This document shows positions 9,455 through 16,091 of a DNA stretch of 32,000 bases, piece by piece; the first letter of the stretch is position 1, and each line of letters opens with the position of its first letter. The translations under genes were made by a program, and so were the position numbers. The notes beneath the pieces were generated by a model that worked only from the letters and a program-made list of their open reading frames with translations, was not told the DNA's origin and did not search any database. The stretch is from Marinifilum sp. D714 (GTDB lineage: Bacteria > Bacteroidota > Bacteroidia > Bacteroidales > Marinifilaceae). The stretch is taken from positions 67,709 to 99,708 of the forward strand of contig NZ_JALPNU010000013.1 in NCBI RefSeq assembly GCF_030851345.1, given 5' to 3'.

Positions 9455-11329
9455 TTATTTCCGAAGGGTATATTCATCAATCAATTCCAATGTGTCAGGA
9501 TTCTTAACGCGAACACTGATTTTGTTTCCATCAACATCAATCAGCACAAGAGCATTTTGCGTAGAAAAGTTTCGAACATTTTCCGACCATGGCGTTTTCT
9601 CCTGTGCATAATAGGGGGCACCAGCTGCACCATTGTTTATCTGGTAAAAAGTTCTGCTCAATTCCAGCTTTTCGTGTGGATACTCTTGGGGATATCTTAG
9701 CATTTTATTGGTGATGGTAAGTAAGTTATAGTTGTGTTCATCGCCACTTAGAATGGCCACCGTTTTTTTGCACTTGTTAACGATGAGGTCAAGCAGTTCA
9801 TCACGCCTTTCGATGATGCCTTTCTCATAAAATTGTCCTTTCACAACCGCTCTAAACTTGTTGTTCCCATCATACCACATATCATCTTTTACATGTCCGC
9901 CATTGGGAAAGAAAGGAGTGTGTATAGAGATAAAAACATGGTCGACATCTTTATTTTTTTCCAACTGCTTTAGTGTTTTTTGAAGCCATATCATTTGATT
10001 ATCCATTATAAAAGCATGGAGATTACCACCAGTGGTGGATAAGCCACTTGGAGCATAAAAATAATCTGAATTCAGGACAACTACAGCAACATTATCGTAG
10101 GCATACCAGAATACACTTTCCTTGTAGGAAGGAAAATCTATTTTATTGGGATTTGGATCGTATTTTGAGTTGTCTTCGCTACGTGGGCCATTTTCGTGCA
10201 ATACAAAATTATCCTGGAACAAAGATTCACTTGAATCATCCTTAAAAGGAAAGTGATCGATGGCATGATAAGTGCCTGCCTCGGTATCGTTAAAAACAAA
10301 ATTATAGGCTTCGTGGTTTCCAAAGCCCGGAACAAAAGGAATGTAATGCCACCAGGGTTCCACTGCATGTTTCCAGTTTGCATATTGCAGATTCATCCGT
10401 TCGCGACTGGTATCGTAGCCATTAATTAAATCGCCTGTAAACTGAACAAACTTGACATTTTCGGACATGGCCAAAGCTGCAATCTTTTTCATGATGTAAG
10501 CATTGGTGCCAAAAATGTTTCGCTCGCCGCCACCGTTTCCAGCGCGAGAATCACTGCCATAAGCAAATGTAAAAGCCTTTCTGCTTCCCGGATTTGGAGC
10601 CGTTTCAAAACTAAAGTCATATTTAAAATCAGCCACCGAAACGGTATAGGTATGCTTGCGAGAGGCTTGTAAATCATTAACCTTTATTTCATGATATTTG
10701 GCTGGCCTTTTGTCTTTGTATGTCTTGCCATTAATTTGAATGCCTGCCTCAATCTCTTCAGATGTTGTAAAAGATATCACAGCACCTTTGTGCGAAAGCT
10801 GATTGATAAAAGGACCTTCAACAATGGTAGGTTCTGTTTTAAACATTCCGTCGGAGTAGGTAAAAGCCATTCTGCCATCGTAAAGCATGTCGCCTTTGTT
10901 GTTTACGATACGAAAGCCAATCACTCCTTTTCCTGTCTTCTCCCAATCGATCATATCATACTTACCCGATAAAAATCTTTTAATTGGGATATGACAAATG
11001 CCAATATTTATGGGCGAACTCTCACGAAAATAAACCGGTTGTGGATGCTTGCCATCATTGTAATTGATAAATCCATAGTACAGTGTACCATTCAGTTCCG
11101 GAAATTTAAAATCAAAGCTTAATCCTTCTCTTGTTCCGATGGCAGCCGTGTATAAATCTTCAAATTTGAATTGATCATCTGCTTTTAAGGCATAAATTCT
11201 TCTGTTTTCCATTTGTAGAAATACGCCATTTTCATCGGAGCCGATATTGCTGTAAACAGCTGGAATCTCCTGCGCAAGGCTAAGCGAAAATGTTGTCAGA
11301 AGTAGGGCAATGGTATTCAGAATCTTCAT
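9455..11329 (-). CDS. Secreted metallophosphoesterase, purple-acid-phosphatase-like
   Basis: 624 aa with signal peptide MKILNTIALLLTTFSLSLAQ. Calcineurin-like motifs occur in order: GSDSR, FTGDLINGY, GNHE, SIHTPFF, SGDEHNY. They are preceded by a beta-rich N-terminal region with a PAP-N/Fn3-like stretch (HEIKVNDLQASRKHTYTV). Confidence 0.8.
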   Translation of the reverse strand: MKILNTIALLLTTFSLSLAQEIPAVYSNIGSDENGVFLQMENRRIYALKADDQFKFEDLYTAAIGTREGLSFDFKFPELNGTLYYGFINYNDGKHPQPVYFRESSPINIGICHIPIKRFLSGKYDMIDWEKTGKGVIGFRIVNNKGDMLYDGRMAFTYSDGMFKTEPTIVEGPFINQLSHKGAVISFTTSEEIEAGIQINGKTYKDKRPAKYHEIKVNDLQASRKHTYTVSVADFKYDFSFETAPNPGSRKAFTFAYGSDSRAGNGGGERNIFGTNAYIMKKIAALAMSENVKFVQFTGDLINGYDTSRERMNLQYANWKHAVEPWWHYIPFVPGFGNHEAYNFVFNDTEAGTYHAIDHFPFKDDSSESLFQDNFVLHENGPRSEDNSKYDPNPNKIDFPSYKESVFWYAYDNVAVVVLNSDYFYAPSGLSTTGGNLHAFIMDNQMIWLQKTLKQLEKNKDVDHVFISIHTPFFPNGGHVKDDMWYDGNNKFRAVVKGQFYEKGIIERRDELLDLIVNKCKKTVAILSGDEHNYNLLTITNKMLRYPQEYPHEKLELSRTFYQINNGAAGAPYYAQEKTPWSENVRNFSTQNALVLIDVDGNKISVRVKNPDTLELIDEYTLRK

Positions 11330-11408
11330 GTTGTTTGCTTATTTAAAATGATTCTATTAAAGATACAACATGATCAATTCAATGTGAAAATTATTTTTTG
11401 GATGATTT

Positions 11409-11442
11409 AAAAAAGCGAACCCCAAATATTCTTGAGATTCGC
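11409..11442 (-). terminator. Rho-independent terminator of the 235-aa gene
   Basis: The minus strand reads GCGAATCTCAA-GAATAT-TTGGGGTTCGC, an 11-bp stem with two G.U pairs, followed by TTTTTT. Confidence 0.75.
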
Positions 11443-11473
11443 CCCGGTAAATATATCAACTTAACACTATTTT

Positions 11474-12181
11474 CTATTCTTCGTTTGTTGTTTCTTCAAC
11501 TACTTCTTCATTTTCTTCGGCTTGTGTGGTCGATTTGCTCGAAGCATAAAGCACATAGTCGTTGTAAAAAGCTTCGTTTTTGTGCTCCCAGATTCTTTTA
11601 CCCACCTCGCACAATTCAACAATTAATTCGTAAAGCTCATTACCCATTGCAAGACGCTCCACACTTTTTTGTTCGCGAATTGATATGGCCTCGGCTTGTG
11701 CATCAATGGCATCGTCTAAAGCAATGGTAGCATCGGTAGTTTGGGTGATTAACTCGGGAGTTACATTGCGTTTGCTCAATGGTTCTTTAAAGAATTCGGC
11801 AGTTTGACAAACATGCTTGGCATAGGCTACCAACTCATTATCGGTTTTGCGATCTACTCCGCTAAAACGGAAGGTTGCATACTCTTTACTACCGCTTCCC
11901 AAAGCCAATTTGGCTTTAAAAGCAACTTCTCCTAAAAGTCCTACCAAAGTACTTCTGCATTCGTCCTTGGCATTGGTTTTTAAGGTTTTTTGTCCTTCCC
12001 AATACATGTCGGGCAGGATATCTTTAAACTGTTTGGTTTTATCTGCCACCTGGGTAGGAATGGTTTCTTCGTAGCCAAACTTCACGAATTCCGCCACATC
12101 ACGAGCAACAACAGCTTGAACTCTATCGCCGCGCTGTCCTAACTCAGAATAGGCCATTGTAAATTTTTTAGTCTGTTTCAT
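11474..12181 (-). CDS. Hypothetical helical protein with acidic C-terminal tail
   Basis: 235-aa ORF, monocistronic: 228-bp upstream gap and its own terminator. No signal peptide or TM segment. The tail is ...TTQAEENEEVVEETTNEE. No family recognised. Confidence 0.65.
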   Translation of the reverse strand: MKQTKKFTMAYSELGQRGDRVQAVVARDVAEFVKFGYEETIPTQVADKTKQFKDILPDMYWEGQKTLKTNAKDECRSTLVGLLGEVAFKAKLALGSGSKEYATFRFSGVDRKTDNELVAYAKHVCQTAEFFKEPLSKRNVTPELITQTTDATIALDDAIDAQAEAISIREQKSVERLAMGNELYELIVELCEVGKRIWEHKNEAFYNDYVLYASSKSTTQAEENEEVVEETTNEE

Positions 12182-12451
12182 TGTTTAATAATTTTAGGGT
12201 GATTAATATATTTTACCGTTGTAATTAATATGTTGTAAAAAAATACAGATTTAAGTTAATAATATTATGCTTTTACTTGTATTAAAATATGTTAAAAGTA
12301 ATTGGAGGTAGCTGAAATGCCGATTAACAGTAGCTTTGCGACTATTTTGTTAGATGAGATTTTAGTTTTCGGCTTATAATCAGGTGCTAAAATGACTTTT
12401 TGTTTGAGTTTAAAAAGGCGAAAATAATAGTTGATATGTCATTTTTTGTAT

Positions 12452-12682
12452 GAGACCTGCCAATGTTAGCGTGAGACTTGCCAATGTTTTCCTCAATGTT
12501 AATAAGTGCACGCTCATACCTGCCATCTGCATCGAGAGACCTGCGAACCGCACGCTCAATGTTGAAAACTGCGCCGTCAATGTTAATAAATGCACCGTGA
12601 GACCGGTCATCTGCATCGAGAGACCTGCCATCTGCACGCTCAATGTTGATAACCGCACGCTCATTGTTAATAAGTGCAATGC
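12452..12682. repeat. Degenerate tandem array, 11 x 21 bp, organised as 84-bp higher-order repeats
   Basis: There are two unit types: GAGACCTGCC..-type and CAATGTTAATAA.TGCAC..-type. The block 12494..12577 repeats at 12578..12661 with 69/84 identical by hand count, and a third block starts at 12662. The array is bracketed by the 11-bp inverted repeat CTGCCAATGTT (12457..12467) / AACATTGGCAG (12702..12712). Confidence 0.9.
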
Positions 12683-12849
12683 ATTTGGTAGGAATGAGTC
12701 AAACATTGGCAGATGGGGGCATGCATTTGCTCACTCTCACAAGCCCAAGGGCAGGCAGAAGCACGCCGATGAGGAGAATTAGCGTACCAATAACAGGATT
12801 GAGGGAAACAAAAACAAGAATGAGAATGCAGTTGTGGGTGTTATGGTAG

Positions 12850-12870
12850 AGACGTAGCACTGCTACGTCT
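12850..12870. repeat. Palindromic hairpin element, copy A (AGACGTAGCA-C-TGCTACGTCT)
   Basis: 21-nt perfect palindrome around a central C. It shares flanks GTAG.GACGT...ACGTCT.TA with copy B at 16993..17010. Confidence 0.7.
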
Positions 12871-13243
12871 TTACGGATGAGGGGGGATTTTGTGAGGAAT
12901 GGGGAGTTTTCCATAAAGCCTGCATTTAATGCTCGCGCAATCTTTTATTCAATTGATCAATTAGAGCGATATTGAAACAAATCAGGTAAAGATTAAAATT
13001 GCATAGTGTGACACAATGTCCTAGTTAATAGTTGTTTGTGTCAAAAATTCAGAAAAAATATTTTCAATAATGAAAAATTGTCAGTTAACAGTATTGCGGG
13101 GTTTTTAAAGAGCTTTTGATTTTCAGTGTAATACAAAATGTTGGTGGTTTTGGCATTCAGTTTGAAAGACATAAAGTGAATCGCGATTCTAATTTTAATG
13201 AGAATATAAGTATGTATTAATTTAAATTAGGGAGGATATAATT

Positions 13244-13687
13244 ATGACTTTAGTTAAGAAAAATACCGATAATTTTTTCCCATCCTTCTTTGATAACTTT
13301 TTCTCCAGAGATTGGATGGATTGGAATACCACAAATTTCTCAACTACAAACACCACTTTGCCTGCGGTGAATGTAAAGGAGGATAAAAACGAATTTACGA
13401 TTGAGGTTGCGGCACCAGGAATGGATAAGAAAGACTTCAATATTAATTTAGAGAACAATCAGTTGACCATTTCTTCTGAAAAGAAGAGTGAGGTTGAAAA
13501 TAAGGGAGACAAATATACCAGAAAAGAATTCTCTTATTGTTCGTTCCAGCGTTCGTTCCAGTTGCCTTCGGAGGTGGTGGATGGCGATAAAATAAAGGCC
13601 AATTACTCTGATGGAATTTTGGTGATTCACTTGCCTAAAAAAGAAGAAGCGAAGCCTAAACCAGCCAGAATTATTAAGATTTCCTAA
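13244..13687 (+). CDS. Hsp20/alpha-crystallin family small heat-shock protein
   Basis: 147 aa. The alpha-crystallin core is PAVNVKEDKNEFTIEVAAPGMDKKDFNINLENNQLTISSEK...FQRSFQLPSEVVDGDKIKANYSDGILVIHLPK. It is preceded by a strong SD, GGGAGGA (13230..13236). Confidence 0.95.
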   Translation: MTLVKKNTDNFFPSFFDNFFSRDWMDWNTTNFSTTNTTLPAVNVKEDKNEFTIEVAAPGMDKKDFNINLENNQLTISSEKKSEVENKGDKYTRKEFSYCSFQRSFQLPSEVVDGDKIKANYSDGILVIHLPKKEEAKPKPARIIKIS

Positions 13688-13716
13688 AATTCATAGGACT
13701 GTTTATAAAAAATATG

Positions 13717-13750
13717 CTTGCCACTTACTCTGCAAAAGGTAGGTGGTAAG
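13717..13750 (+). terminator. Candidate terminator hairpin after hsp20
   Basis: CUUGCCACUUAC-(10 nt)-GUAGGUGGUAAG forms a 12-bp stem. Two of the pairs are G.U, which only form in the plus-strand RNA. There is no U tract. Confidence 0.4.
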
Positions 13751-13840
13751 CTTATGGATTAGAATGAGCTTTAAAATAAAAGGTTTATTTAAATTGGAAT
13801 CAAGAGAAATAGATTTCTCTTATCCTCAAGCCGGTAGGCT

Positions 13841-13869
13841 CCTACTTTTTCCATTGATGAAAAAGTAGG
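13841..13869. repeat. Strong intergenic hairpin (CCTACTTTTTC-CATTGAT-GAAAAAGTAGG)
   Basis: 11-bp perfect stem with a 7-nt loop. A second hairpin, AAGAGAAA-TAGA-TTTCTCTT, lies at 13802..13821. Neither has a flanking U tract. Confidence 0.5.
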
Positions 13870-14115
13870 CAAAAAATCTAGGGCGTGTAAGGTCAAACTA
13901 CTGATACTTGAAAACTTTAAGTGCGGCGGGGTGATTTTCGAACAAAGTTCTCAACTTCCCCTTCTTTCTAAAAGTTTTCTGCGCATAAGCAACTTGACCT
14001 TCCAATGCCCATTGAGCCAATACATGTTTTGCGTCATTGAGTGGCGTTTAATTTAGTTGTGTATTCGGCAGTTATCAAGCTAGTAGTAAGATTTTAAACA
14101 TTAAAATGATTTGTT

Positions 14116-15633
14116 ATGAAGAAGATTGCTCAATTATTTATAGTTGCATTCATTGCCAGTGCAATTACATCTGTTGGATTTATTTTCTTTAATAAGGAAG
14201 ATAAAACCTACACCATTAAACATGTAGATTCTGCACCCGTTGTTGGGGCGGCATACACGGTAAACCATAATGGAGAGGTGGTTCCATTGCAATTTACTGA
14301 TGTATCCAAGAAAGTGATGGATGCAGTGGTGCATATTAAATCAACCCATATTCAAGGAACTCAAAGCAGACAGAAAGTTCCGTCGCCTTTTAGGGATTTT
14401 TTCAACGACAATATGCTGAAAGATTTTTTTGGTCCTCATTTTAAGTTCGAACAAAGAACACCTCAGCAAAGAGGACCATATACCAGGGTGGGAACTGGTT
14501 CGGGAGTCATTATTAGTTCCGATGGATATATTGTTACCAACAATCATGTAATTGATGGTGCTGAAGATATTGAAGTAAGCCTACACGATAATAGGGTGTA
14601 CAAAGCGAAGGTGATTGGAACCGATCCAACAACCGATTTGGCTGTGATTCAGATTAAAGAAAAGAAATTGATTCACGTACCATTTGTAAACTCCGATGAT
14701 GTGGAAATTGGAGAGTGGGTTTTGGCAGTTGGAAATCCGTTTAATTTAAATTCGACAGTAACAGCGGGTATTGTTAGTGCAAAAGGCAGGAATATCAATA
14801 TCCTACAGTCGCAATCGGCAATAGAATCCTTCATTCAGACCGATGCGGCAATCAACCCTGGAAATAGTGGTGGAGCTTTGGTAAATCTAAAAGGAGGATT
14901 AATAGGTATTAATACTGCTATTGCGAGTCCTACAGGTTCTTATTCAGGTTATGGATTTGCCATTCCATCGAATATTGTGAGTAAGGTTGTTGAAGATATT
15001 TTAGAATACGGATTTGTGCAGCGCGGTTATATGGGCATTACTATCCGAAGTGTAGATGGAAATTTTGCCAAAGAAAAAGAATTGGATGTTACCGAGGGTG
15101 TGTATGTGGATAGCCTAATGAATGAAAGCTCTGCAAAAGAGGCAGGCCTTCAAAAAGGTGATGTGATTGTGAAGGTGAATAAAAATAGGATAAAGACATC
15201 TTCTGATTTGCTCGAAATAATTGGTCAGCACCGACCGGGAGATCAATTGTTGGTAGGAGTAAATCGTTTTGGAAAGACCAAAGAGTTTGAGGTTACTTTA
15301 AAGAATGCGCAGGGCGAAAGCGAAATTAGCAGTACCAATCAACAGGATATAATTTCCAAACTAGGAGCTGAAATTATTGAAGTGGATGAAGAAAAAGCTT
15401 CAAAACTGGATGTGCCAACAGGTTTAATGATTGAAAAGCTAAATTCCGGCTTGCTGCGAAATCAAACCAATATGAAGGAGGGTTTTGTAATCACACATGT
15501 GAATGATAAACGTGTAGAAAGCCTGAAGGAATTAAAAGCTTTACTGAAAGGGAAATCGGGAGGTGTGATGCTTAAAGGAGTTTACCTTGATTATCCTGGA
15601 CAACATTATTACGCCTTTGGCATTGGTGAATAG
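14116..15633 (+). CDS. htrA: HtrA/DegP/DegQ-family periplasmic serine endoprotease with two PDZ domains
   Basis: 505 aa with an N-terminal anchor or signal. Trypsin-like triad context: TNNHV (His), DLAVIQI (Asp), GNSGGAL (Ser). Two PDZ-like regions follow (GLQKGDVIVKVN..., GFVITHVNDKRV...). Confidence 0.95.
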   Translation: MKKIAQLFIVAFIASAITSVGFIFFNKEDKTYTIKHVDSAPVVGAAYTVNHNGEVVPLQFTDVSKKVMDAVVHIKSTHIQGTQSRQKVPSPFRDFFNDNMLKDFFGPHFKFEQRTPQQRGPYTRVGTGSGVIISSDGYIVTNNHVIDGAEDIEVSLHDNRVYKAKVIGTDPTTDLAVIQIKEKKLIHVPFVNSDDVEIGEWVLAVGNPFNLNSTVTAGIVSAKGRNINILQSQSAIESFIQTDAAINPGNSGGALVNLKGGLIGINTAIASPTGSYSGYGFAIPSNIVSKVVEDILEYGFVQRGYMGITIRSVDGNFAKEKELDVTEGVYVDSLMNESSAKEAGLQKGDVIVKVNKNRIKTSSDLLEIIGQHRPGDQLLVGVNRFGKTKEFEVTLKNAQGESEISSTNQQDIISKLGAEIIEVDEEKASKLDVPTGLMIEKLNSGLLRNQTNMKEGFVITHVNDKRVESLKELKALLKGKSGGVMLKGVYLDYPGQHYYAFGIGE

Positions 15634-15797
15634 GCACAAATGATTTAGATGTAATTAAAGTGTTAAAGCAGATTTTCTTTTAATACTATTTTAATGTTGT
15701 ATGTATTATGTCGATCGATTTCTAAAGCCTTAGATAGAGAACGCGAAGCAATATGGCATGTTAGAGATTGATCGGTATAATTAAATAATCATCAGAT

Positions 15798-15995
15798 ATG
15801 TTAGAACATCAGAAGTTTGTTTTGCAGGCTGTTGCCGATCAGGAAAATTTATTTCGAAAAGAGTTAATTAAATCAATGAATTGGCTGGATGAATATGATC
15901 AGGAAAAGTTATTAAACTGGCTTAAGGAGCGTTTTAACAATCGAAAGGATATCATCGATGAGATCATAAATACTAGCTTGGTTCCATTATATTAG
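15798..15995 (+). CDS. Small helical protein of unknown function (65 aa)
   Basis: ORF with ATG start, followed by a strong hairpin. A 13-bp stem that only pairs fully in plus-strand RNA lies upstream (15711..15723 with 15763..15775). No family recognised. Confidence 0.45.
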   Translation: MLEHQKFVLQAVADQENLFRKELIKSMNWLDEYDQEKLLNWLKERFNNRKDIIDEIINTSLVPLY

Positions 15996-16016
15996 TCTCT
16001 TTGCTTATTTTCTAAA

Positions 16017-16050
16017 AAGAGTCTATTCGGTGTAAACTGGATAGACTCTT
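16017..16050. terminator. Hairpin between convergent genes (likely bidirectional terminator)
   Basis: AAGAGTCTAT-(14 nt)-ATAGACTCTT is a 10-bp perfect stem, followed by CTTTAATATTTTT. Confidence 0.6.
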
Positions 16051-16091
16051 CTTTAATATTTTTCGATAGATATATTTACTGGAGGTGATTT

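Noticed and set aside
12452-12682. CRISPR array
   Set aside because: The 21-bp units are contiguous with no unique spacers. They are degenerate and fall into two alternating classes. No cas genes or leader are present.
12643-12914. ORFs 12643..12849 (+) and 12699..12914 (-) as ordinary protein genes
   Set aside because: They overlap each other and the repeat array, and both read through the palindromic hairpin at 12850..12870. I keep the minus-strand ORF only as part of the frameshift observation and do not call it as a feature.
13156-13170. Shared word ATTCAGTTTGA.AAG upstream of hsp20 (about 13155..13169) and upstream of GT-C paralog 2 (about 21873..21887) as a common regulatory site
   Set aside because: There are only two occurrences of an 11-nt AT-rich match. 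It resembles a degenerate -7 box (TCAGTTTG) and could be chance. The evidence is too thin to call.
12915-13243. CIRCE/HrcA operator (TTAGCACTC-N9-GAGTGCTAA) or a ROSE element upstream of hsp20
   Set aside because: Neither sequence is present. Only unrelated palindromes occur (AATTGATCAATT and TGACACAA-N19-TTGTGTCA), and these are reported as candidates instead.
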